Assembly: GCA_963717145.1 (NCBI GenBank)
Contig: OY970325.1
Location: 4,096,001-4,160,000, forward strand
Origin: an uncultured Armatimonadetes bacterium
GTDB taxonomy: Bacteria > Armatimonadota > UBA5829 > DTJY01
Direction: 5' to 3'
DNA length: 64,000 nt
Shown: piece after piece, positions 28,781 through 37,159 of the stretch
Position numbering within the stretch: position 1 is the stretch's first letter
Layout of the letters: every line of letters starts with the position of its first letter
Position numbers and translations under genes: made by a program
Notes under the pieces: generated by a model
The model's database searches: none
Seen by the model: only the letters and a program-made list of their open reading frames with translations
Told to the model about the DNA's origin: nothing

Positions 28781-28933
28781 CCGGCAAAAATACCTGTTTT
28801 GCGAAAAAGATGCGGGACGCGTCGGAAGATGTCCCCCTTACGAAGGGGGACCGGCCTCTGGGCCGAGGGGGTATGTCTGCATGCAAACCTCCCCCGGCCT
28901 GCTGGCCGGCCCCTCCTTCGTAAGGAGGGGCGC

Positions 28934-29737
28934 TTACAGGATCGGGGTCTGCGAAGGGATTCTGTCGCGGAAGAGAGTGATCGCCTCAAAGCCCGCCGAC
29001 CGGATCACGTCCAGTCCCCGCTCCAGACCGAAGCCCAGGTGCTCCCCGAGATGCGCGTCTGAGCCGATGGTGAGCAACTCCCCGCCGAACTCGCGGTACA
29101 GCTTGAGGGTCTCCAGCGCGGGGAACGGCTCCCCGCACGGCTGACGATATCCCGAGGTGTTCACCTCCAGCGCGATTCCCCGCTCGATCATCGTCCGCAG
29201 GATTGCCTCGATCTGCTCGCGGTACGGCTCGATGCTGAACGGGCCGAGGTACTTCACCCCGAATCGCTTGACGAGGTCGAAGTGCGCCAGGACGTCGAAG
29301 TTGGCGCACTCGGCCGCCTGCAGGACCTCATCGAAGTACCTGCGATAGAGGGCGACCCAATCGGTCGTACCGGTCTGAAAGTCGACCGAGACGACCGCAT
29401 CGCCGACCCAGTGGATGCCGGCGGTGAGGAAATCGAACTTCTCGTCGCCGAGGACCCGCTCGATCTCGCGGGGATAGAGGTGCGGCTCACCGAGTTCCGC
29501 GCCCTTGAGAATGCGGAGACGGTCGCCGAAATGCTCCCGGCAGTCATCGACATCGCGGGCGAAGTCGGCCGCATCGAAGAGGCCATAGCACTGGTCGTCC
29601 GGATTGCTGTCGAGGTGGTCGGTGAACGCGATCTCAGTCAGGCCGCGCTCGATGGCGAGGCGGCACATCTCCTCGACGGAGACGTGTCCGTCGCCGGAAT
29701 GGGTCGAATGAACGTGGTAGTCGATCAGGTGTGTCAC
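28934..29737 (-). CDS. PHP-domain histidinol-phosphate phosphatase (HisK/HisJ family)
   Basis: DYHVHSTHS, FTDH, LAHFD, IGSDAH. Confidence 0.88.
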   Translation of the reverse strand: MTHLIDYHVHSTHSGDGHVSVEEMCRLAIERGLTEIAFTDHLDSNPDDQCYGLFDAADFARDVDDCREHFGDRLRILKGAELGEPHLYPREIERVLGDEKFDFLTAGIHWVGDAVVSVDFQTGTTDWVALYRRYFDEVLQAAECANFDVLAHFDLVKRFGVKYLGPFSIEPYREQIEAILRTMIERGIALEVNTSGYRQPCGEPFPALETLKLYREFGGELLTIGSDAHLGEHLGFGLERGLDVIRSAGFEAITLFRDRIPSQTPIL

Positions 29738-29778
29738 CCCCTAATGTTATCCGGCCCGGGCATACTCTCCTTGGGCAC

Positions 29779-29848
29779 AAGAAAAATGGCCCGCAGGGTG
29801 TTCGCCTGCGAGCCAAGTAAGTAAGGAGAAAAAGATGTCTTTTTCAAC
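29779..29848 (-). ncRNA. Sigma54-dependent sRNA candidate B
   Basis: Starts about 12 nt after the -12 box; seed ACATCTTTTTCTCCTTACTTAC, then terminator TGGCTCGCAGG..CCTGCGGGCCA-TTTTT. Confidence 0.7.
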
Positions 29849-29858
29849 TGGGGATATC

Positions 29859-29874
29859 TGCAAGAATCGTGCCA
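29859..29874 (-). promoter_or_regulatory. Sigma54 promoter
   Basis: TGGCACGATTCTTGCA, consensus -24/-12. Confidence 0.85.
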
Positions 29875-29975
29875 ATCCCGGCAATAATGCCTGCCATGTA
29901 GCATATTTCACGAACTTATCACATTCAGCACATGCGGCGTTCACGAACAAACGCCTATCAGGCGGTTTGGAGGGC

Positions 29976-30044
29976 AAAAAAAGAGAAGCCTGCGAGATTT
30001 TCCCGCAGGCTCGTAAGGAAGGAGAAATAGATGTTGTTTCCAGG
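29976..30044 (-). ncRNA. Sigma54-dependent sRNA candidate A
   Basis: Seed ACATCTATTTCTCCTTCCTTAC, then terminator AGCCTGCGGGA-AAA-TCTCGCAGGCT and U-tract. Confidence 0.7.
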
Positions 30045-30054
30045 TAGTATTACC

Positions 30055-30070
30055 TGCAAGAATCGTGCCA
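30055..30070 (-). promoter_or_regulatory. Sigma54 promoter
   Basis: TGGCACGATTCTTGCA, identical to 29859-29874. Confidence 0.85.
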
Positions 30071-30163
30071 ATTCGTGCAACAAGTCGGGGAAAGGTCAAA
30101 AAGAGTTGGAGGCAGGGGGCAATCATTGAGGCACACGTGATCGATGATGCGTTGGCAGTGCAC

Positions 30164-31036
30164 TCAAGAATCCGAGGTTCCGGCAACTGCAGAGCTCGTC
30201 ATAGTACCGGTTGATATGACGTATGGCTGGTATACATGCGTCGTCCCATCTAGAGCCAGAAAGCATCCTCTGCTGCAGACAAGAAGCGCTCGAGTGTGGA
30301 AGTATATACATCCACTTTCTGCGAAATTCTCGGCGGTCAGATATCGATTGTGCATCACTCTGTTTCGGAGAGTCCGAAGTTCGTTCAGTTTGTAATAAGC
30401 GCCCTTTCGAATAAAGACATTCCGGAACACATCTGCCCAGCAAGTCGCCTCATCTATGATCTTGGGCAAGTCTGAGAAGTCAGCGTAGAATATGTCGTGC
30501 ATCCTCTCAAAATCATGTTCAAGATCGTTCTCCTCATCAGACTTCCGATTGCCACACCTGCGCTGGATGGCAAGTAGATCTGGCTCAGCGCTGACCGTCC
30601 ACCAGTCCATGCCGTAGCATCTTGCCATAGATGCGGCGATGCGACGCCGAAGTTTGTTCTCCAGATCATGCAGGTCTGCATATGTCTTGATGGTCCGTTG
30701 GCGGCCTATCCCATCGTAGCTCAACATCCACCATGTGAAATAGGCAGACGCGGCGTATTCAATGCGAGTCTTGGCCTCTTGCATCTCCGTCTCTCCAGCT
30801 TCCTCGCCACCCTCCAGCATGATCTGGAACACGTTTGGCGATCCTCCGCTCCATCTAATCCTAACGAACACACCTTGTGCCAACCCGGATACCTCGCTCT
30901 GAGCTTGGAGGCCTGGCTGTAACTCGAAGTCTGTCAGTTCCATTAGCTCCACCATATCGGTACTGGCCTGAGCATCTGGTGAGTTATTGAGAGCGAGGTA
31001 CTCCACTTGGTTACTTGCGAGAGCAGGTGTGGTCAT
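30164..31036 (-). CDS. Protein with a C-terminal Swt1-like HEPN domain
   Basis: LENKLRRRI...G.DWW...YADFSDL..II...W..VF...LRNRVMH (Rx4H). Confidence 0.7.
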   Translation of the reverse strand: MTTPALASNQVEYLALNNSPDAQASTDMVELMELTDFELQPGLQAQSEVSGLAQGVFVRIRWSGGSPNVFQIMLEGGEEAGETEMQEAKTRIEYAASAYFTWWMLSYDGIGRQRTIKTYADLHDLENKLRRRIAASMARCYGMDWWTVSAEPDLLAIQRRCGNRKSDEENDLEHDFERMHDIFYADFSDLPKIIDEATCWADVFRNVFIRKGAYYKLNELRTLRNRVMHNRYLTAENFAESGCIYFHTRALLVCSRGCFLALDGTTHVYQPYVISTGTMTSSAVAGTSDS

Positions 31037-32962
31037 CTATCCGTCCTCCAGCACGACATCCTCAACGAGCGCCTGTATCTGACAACAAGTGTCCTGCGCT
31101 TGCTGCTCCAGTTCCCGCACGTGGTTCCGCAGATCCGCTATGCGCTGCACTAATCCCGATTGAGTTCCTAGAGGTGGAATGGGGACGCGTATCGACCGCA
31201 GACTGCTGTAGTCCAGTGCTGGCCTCGTAGAGCCCGTTGCAATCCGTTCCATCTGGGTACGGCAGAGGGCGCTGTTGAGTGCGGCTTCCAAGTATCCTGG
31301 CAGTGCCTGGTCAGGCCTGACTCTGAGTCGAACAATGTGCTGGTTGATATTTGCTTCCCGGAGTTCGGGAGGTACCACGGCCGCGGTGCCTATCCGGCCC
31401 GTAATCGTAAGAAGGACGTCGCCAGGGGTTAGCATCGATCGCGCCAAAGTGCCCGTATGAGTTCGCCTATCAATATATAACACATCAGCTAGATCGATCA
31501 TGCCTTCCTGTATGTTCTGAATGCGTAGGAGAGGCACACCTGCCTCAGCGTTCACATACGCCTCTCCCTTTGCTGCGGGAGTTGCACCCCCTGATATGCT
31601 CTCTACAATCTCGCCAAGCGTACGCACCGGGTACTTGCTTTGGCCCAGTCTAACGTCTATGGAGATGCTGAAAGATGGCTTATGGAAAAATGGATCCATC
31701 CGCAGCGTAAGTCTGCCTTCGTCTGCCATATAGCAAATAGGTTCAGCTTCATTAGATGCGGGTAGCCCTTGCGCGGAAGCAGAGAATAGAGTGGCCACCA
31801 CAGGAAGGGAATCCTCGTCCACTCTTCCGGTCGCGTCGTAGCCCACATGGGAAGGCAAGGCCATGAATGTCATCCCCATGCTATCATCATGCGGCTGTCT
31901 ACGTTGTAGTACCACCAAGCTGGCCTTTACACCTATGCCTGCTGGGGCAAAAGTGTGGGAAGGTAGTGAGATGACTGCCAGGACATGGCACCTGTCTTGT
32001 ATGAACTGTCTCACATACTGCAGTGAAACTGTTGTCAATACAGAGTCGGGCAACACCAAGGCAAGCCGACCAGGTCTGCCGCCGGCCTTAAGAAGCTCGA
32101 TACATCGCTCCAAGAACAGGAGTTCGCTCTTCTGAGCACGTCGGATGGATCCCCTGGACCCCAGATCGAATTGCTCGAGTGTTTCCGGCTCAGAGACGAT
32201 ACCCCCAAATGGGGGATTTGTGGCAACTACGTCGCATGAAGCGGGTGTCAGCCGCGACACGGCGGTGAGGGTCGGCCAAGCGGATAGGGCATTTGCGCAA
32301 AAAACGTTGGAGTGCCCGTCTCCATGTAGCACCATGGTTACCATCGCCAAGTGCGCCAATCGCTCGTTTAGCTCGACTCCCACCAGGTGCTGGGAAGCAT
32401 ACTGAGCTACATTCAGATCTGGGTTGCGCTGGGATACGTAATTCAAGCCGTAGAGAAGGAAACCGCCACTGCCACACGCAGGGTCCGCGAGGACATCATC
32501 GGGTCCAGGGTTCAATATCGTGATGGCCAGTTGAACTATTGGCCTTGGCGTAAGGTACTGACCGAGCTCAGCCTTAAAAACATCTCCAAGGAAGGCTTCA
32601 AAAGCTCTTCCGGGCGAGTCCAAATCCGATTCCACCAAAGACAAGTCCTGGAGTTGTTCGACTACGTTAGATACGATCTGCTCGGATACTGCCAGAGGTT
32701 TGTTGAACACTCCAGGATATGCATTGCAGGCTTGGTCATACACCTCCAGGACTCGAACGGCTGTGTCGTGAGCCGTCTCGCCGTTTTGCCTCCTGAACTC
32801 CCCTTTCCCCTGCACCTCATCGTATACCTTGGCAAAAAGCAATTTGGAGAACTCATCAAACGCTGTGACAGGATCACGCCGTCCACTCTCCCAGAGCATC
32901 TTGTGTGAGTTCGCGAATCGCTCCTTGAGTTGTGCCAGTGCAACCTTGTGCGGTCGGTTCAT
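31037..32962 (-). CDS. N6-adenine DNA methyltransferase fused to one target-recognition (HsdS-like) domain
   Basis: GQYLTPR, DPACGSGGFL, NPPFG; C-terminal GGATP...GDVL....GRIG...NQHI...IPPL..Q; start uncertain. Confidence 0.9.
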   Translation of the reverse strand: MNRPHKVALAQLKERFANSHKMLWESGRRDPVTAFDEFSKLLFAKVYDEVQGKGEFRRQNGETAHDTAVRVLEVYDQACNAYPGVFNKPLAVSEQIVSNVVEQLQDLSLVESDLDSPGRAFEAFLGDVFKAELGQYLTPRPIVQLAITILNPGPDDVLADPACGSGGFLLYGLNYVSQRNPDLNVAQYASQHLVGVELNERLAHLAMVTMVLHGDGHSNVFCANALSAWPTLTAVSRLTPASCDVVATNPPFGGIVSEPETLEQFDLGSRGSIRRAQKSELLFLERCIELLKAGGRPGRLALVLPDSVLTTVSLQYVRQFIQDRCHVLAVISLPSHTFAPAGIGVKASLVVLQRRQPHDDSMGMTFMALPSHVGYDATGRVDEDSLPVVATLFSASAQGLPASNEAEPICYMADEGRLTLRMDPFFHKPSFSISIDVRLGQSKYPVRTLGEIVESISGGATPAAKGEAYVNAEAGVPLLRIQNIQEGMIDLADVLYIDRRTHTGTLARSMLTPGDVLLTITGRIGTAAVVPPELREANINQHIVRLRVRPDQALPGYLEAALNSALCRTQMERIATGSTRPALDYSSLRSIRVPIPPLGTQSGLVQRIADLRNHVRELEQQAQDTCCQIQALVEDVVLEDG

Positions 32963-33071
32963 CTTGTCCGCTGCGCTTTCTGTGCTAGTCTTGCCATCAT
33001 GAGAACAGAGCCGTTCATCACATGCGTTCGGCAACCATACGCAATCTTCCTTCCGAATCCGTTTTCAAACC

Positions 33072-33102
33072 AAAGCCGATCCGGGGATGTCGGATCGGCT
33101 TT
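33072..33102. terminator. Terminator hairpin after topA
   Basis: aaagccgatcc-ggggatgtc-ggatcggcttt. Confidence 0.7.
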
Positions 33103-33135
33103 GGTTCCACATATCTGTACATGGCAGTTGTAGTG

Positions 33136-35601
33136 CTAGACCCCCACCCTGACATTCGACTCGGAGAGGGATTCGGCGGCCTCGGGCGATTCCTTGTAGT
33201 CGCAGCCCTCTTTCGTGCACTTCACACCCTGTGGTTTGCCGCGATACTGCTTCTCGACAAGCATCCCGCCGCAGGTCGGGCATTTCCTGTCGAGCGGCTT
33301 GCCGGGCAGGATGAGCTTGCAGTCGGGATACCGGTCGCACCCGTAGAACGGGCCCATCCGCGAGAACTTCTGGACGATGTGCCCCGTGCAGCCCTCGTTC
33401 GGACAGGGGGTTCCCTCTCCTTCGCCCTCCTTCGGGATGTTGATGATCGTCTTGCACTTCGGGTAGCCCGAGCAGCCGAGGAATTCGCCGTACTTGCCCT
33501 GACGCTTCAGGAGCGGCTTCCCGCACTTCGGGCACATCTGATCGGTCACCTCGGGAGCGGCAACCGCGCCGCGTGAAACGAACTCGCACTCTTCGTTGCT
33601 GCACCGGTACTTCGAGCTTCCCGGCGACTCCTCTACGATCTCTCCGCCGCAGCCCGGGACGGGGCATGCCTCGCCGAGCTTCTTGTTGACGATGGTCTTG
33701 CACTTCGGGTAGCCGGAGCAGCTCAGGAATGCGCCGTACCTGCTCTCACGGATGACGAGCGGCTTCCCGCAGTTCGGGCACACTTCCTCGGTCTCGATCG
33801 CGGACTTCTTGATCCGCTCCATGTTCTCTTTGGCCTCGGCAAGCTCGTGCTCGAACGGACCCCAGAACCCGCGTATCACGTTGACCCAGTCGAGTTCGCC
33901 TTCCTCGATCTCGTCCAGCTTGTCCTCGATCCCGGCCGTGAAAGTGACGTCCATGATGTCGGGGAAATGCTTGACCAGCAGGTCCGTGACCGTGCATCCG
34001 AGGTCGGTCGGCTTGAACTTCCGCTCGGCCAGGGTGACGTATTCGCGGTCCTGGATCGTCGAGATGATGCTCGCGTAGGTGCTCGGGCGGCCGATCCCCT
34101 TCTCTTCCAGCGCCTTGACCAGCGTGGCCTCGGTGTATCGTGGCGGCGGCTCGGTGAAGTGCTGCTTCGGGATCAGTTCGAGCAGTCGGAGCAGCTCATC
34201 CTTCGTGAGCTTCGGGAGGAGTTGGTTCTCATCGTCCTCCTCCTTCCCGCTGCCGTTGTCCTTGCCCTCGGTGTAAAGCACTGTGAACCCGGCGAACTTG
34301 ACGGTCGAGCCGGTTGCCCGGAAAACATATTCTGTCGCGGAAACATCAACGGTGACGACATCGAGCACCGCAGATTCCATCTGGCTTGCCAGGAACCGCT
34401 GCCAGATCAGCTTGTAGAGGCGGAACTGGTCCTTGTTCAGGATGCTCTCGAGGTGCTCCGGCCTTCGCAGAACGGATGTCGGACGGATCGCCTCATGCGC
34501 GTCCTGTGCCGACTTGCGCGACTTGTACACTCGGGGCGCGGGTGGGAGATACTGCGGGCCGTATGCTTCGAGGATGTATTCGCGCGCCTCTTCGACCGCC
34601 TCCTGCGCGATGCGCGTCGAGTCGGTTCGCATATATGTGATAAGGCCGACGTGGCCCTCTTCGCCGAGTTCGATGCCCTCATAGAGCATCTGTGCGACTG
34701 ACATCGTCTTCTTGTTCGAGAATCCGAGTTTGCGCGAAGCCTCCTGCTGGAGCGTGCTGGTGATGAACGGCGGCGCGGGATTACGCTTCTGCTCGCGCTC
34801 TCTGACGTCGGCGACTGCCCAGGTCGCTCCCTCGAGGTCGGAGAGGATGCGACTCGACTCTTCCTCGCTTCCGACCTTGATCTTCTCGCCTTTCTTCTCG
34901 ACCAGCTTGGCGTTGAACGACTTCTCCTCAGCCAGTTTGGTGAGTGTTGCAGTGAGCGACCAATACTCCTCGGGCACGAACGCGAGGATCTCGCGCTCCC
35001 GGTCGCTGATCAGTCGGACTGCGACGCTCTGCACGCGTCCGGCGCTCAGGTTCTTCTTTACCTTGCTCCAGAGCAGTGGGCTGAGCTTGTAGCCGACGAG
35101 TCTGTCGAGGACACGTCGCGCCTGCTGTGCATCCACGAGCTTGTCGTTGACGTCATGGGGATGGCGGAGCGCCTCCTGGACGGCATTGCGCGTGATCTCG
35201 TTGAAGCTGATGCGCCTGGCATCCTTGAGTTTCAGCGTCTGCTCGAGGTGCCATGCGATGGCCTCTCCCTCACGGTCAGGGTCTGTCGCGAGGTACACAT
35301 GTTCGACTCCCGCTGCGGCGTCTCTGAGGCGCTTGATGACATCTTTCCGATCCGGGATCGCCGTGTATGACGGCTTGAAGTCGTGCTCGACATCTACGCC
35401 GAGTTCCCGCTTCGGGAGATCGCGAACGTGGCCCATCGACGCCTCGATCTGGAAATCCTTCCCCAGAAAGTTCTTAAGCGTCCTGGTCTTGGCCGGTGAC
35501 TCAACTATGATCAGGGATTTTCCCACTACTTGGTTCCTCTGCTCCTTGTGTTCCTCGCCCTTTGGCTCCTGCGACTCATTATCGGAGAGGCGCGTCTGCA
35601 T
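33136..35601 (-). CDS. topA: DNA topoisomerase I with five C-terminal Cys4 zinc ribbons (true start probably near 35530)
   Basis: IVESPAK, ATDPDREGEAI, SAGRVQS, ITYMRTDS. Confidence 0.97.
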   Translation of the reverse strand: MQTRLSDNESQEPKGEEHKEQRNQVVGKSLIIVESPAKTRTLKNFLGKDFQIEASMGHVRDLPKRELGVDVEHDFKPSYTAIPDRKDVIKRLRDAAAGVEHVYLATDPDREGEAIAWHLEQTLKLKDARRISFNEITRNAVQEALRHPHDVNDKLVDAQQARRVLDRLVGYKLSPLLWSKVKKNLSAGRVQSVAVRLISDREREILAFVPEEYWSLTATLTKLAEEKSFNAKLVEKKGEKIKVGSEEESSRILSDLEGATWAVADVREREQKRNPAPPFITSTLQQEASRKLGFSNKKTMSVAQMLYEGIELGEEGHVGLITYMRTDSTRIAQEAVEEAREYILEAYGPQYLPPAPRVYKSRKSAQDAHEAIRPTSVLRRPEHLESILNKDQFRLYKLIWQRFLASQMESAVLDVVTVDVSATEYVFRATGSTVKFAGFTVLYTEGKDNGSGKEEDDENQLLPKLTKDELLRLLELIPKQHFTEPPPRYTEATLVKALEEKGIGRPSTYASIISTIQDREYVTLAERKFKPTDLGCTVTDLLVKHFPDIMDVTFTAGIEDKLDEIEEGELDWVNVIRGFWGPFEHELAEAKENMERIKKSAIETEEVCPNCGKPLVIRESRYGAFLSCSGYPKCKTIVNKKLGEACPVPGCGGEIVEESPGSSKYRCSNEECEFVSRGAVAAPEVTDQMCPKCGKPLLKRQGKYGEFLGCSGYPKCKTIINIPKEGEGEGTPCPNEGCTGHIVQKFSRMGPFYGCDRYPDCKLILPGKPLDRKCPTCGGMLVEKQYRGKPQGVKCTKEGCDYKESPEAAESLSESNVRVGV

Positions 35602-35719
35602 CTCTAGACTGCGAAATACCCCAGCGGGTTCCGCGCAAAACGAAGCCTGCCGTCGGGTGCCGGCAGGCGCGAGACATCATTTAACCATATCGAGAGCTAT
35701 TCCGCAAGCCTCAGGGGGA

Positions 35720-36223
35720 TCACGTATGCCGCCACGGACCAGGGAACGGCCCGGGGAACGGACCCGGCCACGGGCCTTTGAACTGCTGACCGAACGGCAT
35801 CCAGATCAGCGGGATGAAGCCGGCGATGAGAGCAACGGCTCCCGCGATTATGACCCACATGCCGCGATTGTCGCCCCTCGAGTACGCCATCGCTCCGAGG
35901 ACTATCGCCGCGATCGAGAGAAGCCACGAACAGCAGCAACAGCACCCGAATAGCCCCAGGCCGGCGCACACGAAACCTACGATCACCAGGGTATCGGTAT
36001 CCTGGCGGTTCCTCGGAGGCGCATAAACCGGTGAAGACGGCGGTGTCGGCGGGACCGGGGATACGGGTTGTACCGGCGGCACAGGGGGAACAGGCTGCGG
36101 TGACTGCGATTCCTGCTCCGTTTCCGTCACAAGCGGCTCCCCGCACTGCCAGCAGTTCGCGCTGGATGGGAAGCTTGCTGCTCCACATTTCGAGCACGCG
36201 ATTCTGTTCGGATTCTCGTTCAC
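35720..36223 (-). CDS. Zinc-ribbon, Pro-rich, two-TM protein (DUF4190-like)
   Basis: CSKC..CWQC, Pro-rich linker, TM segments with a GCCCCC run. Confidence 0.7.
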   Translation of the reverse strand: MNENPNRIACSKCGAASFPSSANCWQCGEPLVTETEQESQSPQPVPPVPPVQPVSPVPPTPPSSPVYAPPRNRQDTDTLVIVGFVCAGLGLFGCCCCCSWLLSIAAIVLGAMAYSRGDNRGMWVIIAGAVALIAGFIPLIWMPFGQQFKGPWPGPFPGPFPGPWRHT

Positions 36224-36336
36224 GATTGTCCTCCCGAACCGGCCGGTGTGGACTGCCCGCCGGGTTAATCCGATACTCCACTACCCAGTTATTCTACCTT
36301 CGCTCCGATAGTCCTACCTGCGAAGTCCCCAATGCC

Positions 36337-36491
36337 GTAGGGGCGATCCTTCTACGGTCGCCCGTCGATGTGGCGACTGCCGGCCCCAACGCCGTAGGGG
36401 CGATCCTTCTACGGTCGCCCGCCGATGTAGTGGCCGCGCCTCCGTGCCGGCCATCCGCCGGACCTGGCCGGCACGGAGGCGCGGCCACTAC
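36337..36491. repeat. Cluster of GTAG-REP-like repeats
   Basis: Two gtaggggcgatccttctacggtcgccc units and one gtagtggccgcgcctccgtgccggcc...ggccactac palindrome (homolog at 53238-53307). Confidence 0.85.
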
Positions 36492-36871
36492 ATCACAATC
36501 CGAAGCACTCCGAAAACGAACAGCAGACCGAATGCCGACAAGGTCAGCGCCAACACACGCCGTCTCGCCCAGTCGAGCACGGCGGTACGACGCCCCGTCA
36601 GCGCCTCGTACACGCCGACGACCCACCAGAGTGCGAACGCGGCCGCAAACACGACCGCCAACGGATGGAACTCCATCGCCCGCCGGAGATCGAGATGCGC
36701 CAACGCGATGGTTGCCCGCGTCATCCCGCATGTGAGGCATGGATAGCCGGTCACATGATAAAAGACGCACGTCGCGGGCAGATGGTTGACCGGCAGGAAC
36801 CGAAAGGCCATCACGATGATGGGAAGTGAGGCTACTATGGCAAGCTTTCTCATCCGATTGGATTGTAGCAA
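36488..36871 (-). CDS. DUF2752-family membrane protein
   Basis: CVFYHVTGYPCLTCGMTRA...FHPL. Confidence 0.85.
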   Translation of the reverse strand: MLQSNRMRKLAIVASLPIIVMAFRFLPVNHLPATCVFYHVTGYPCLTCGMTRATIALAHLDLRRAMEFHPLAVVFAAAFALWWVVGVYEALTGRRTAVLDWARRRVLALTLSAFGLLFVFGVLRIVM

Positions 36872-36898
36872 ACGGCCGTCGCCTTGTCCAATCGGGCA

Positions 36899-37074
36899 GG
36901 GTGCATTTCCGCAGAGTGAGTCAGCCTCTCGTTATGCCACCAGAGTGGCTACTCGAGGAGAACGGTTGGGTGGCTTGCCAAGCTTCCCAGGCCCCAAACC
37001 CGTCTAGTCTCGAGTAGGTTTCTCTGGAAACCATAACGAGAGACGGTCGCCACCCACTCAACTCGAATGCACCC
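36899..37074. mobile_element. MITE with ISKra4-like termini (copy 2)
   Basis: GGGTGCATT...AATGCACCC ends; 9-bp target duplication AATCGGGCA (36890-36898, 37075-37083). Confidence 0.9.
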
Positions 37075-37159
37075 AATCGGGCAGGAGAGTGTCTACTCGT
37101 CATGGTGTGCGAGACATCCGTCGCCGAATATGCTAAACTCTAGGCGGAGGGACCATCGT

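Noticed and set aside
36337-36491. Possible mini CRISPR array (two ~30-bp direct repeats)
   Set aside because: Only two units, with GTAG-REP palindrome structure, and no cas genes in the window
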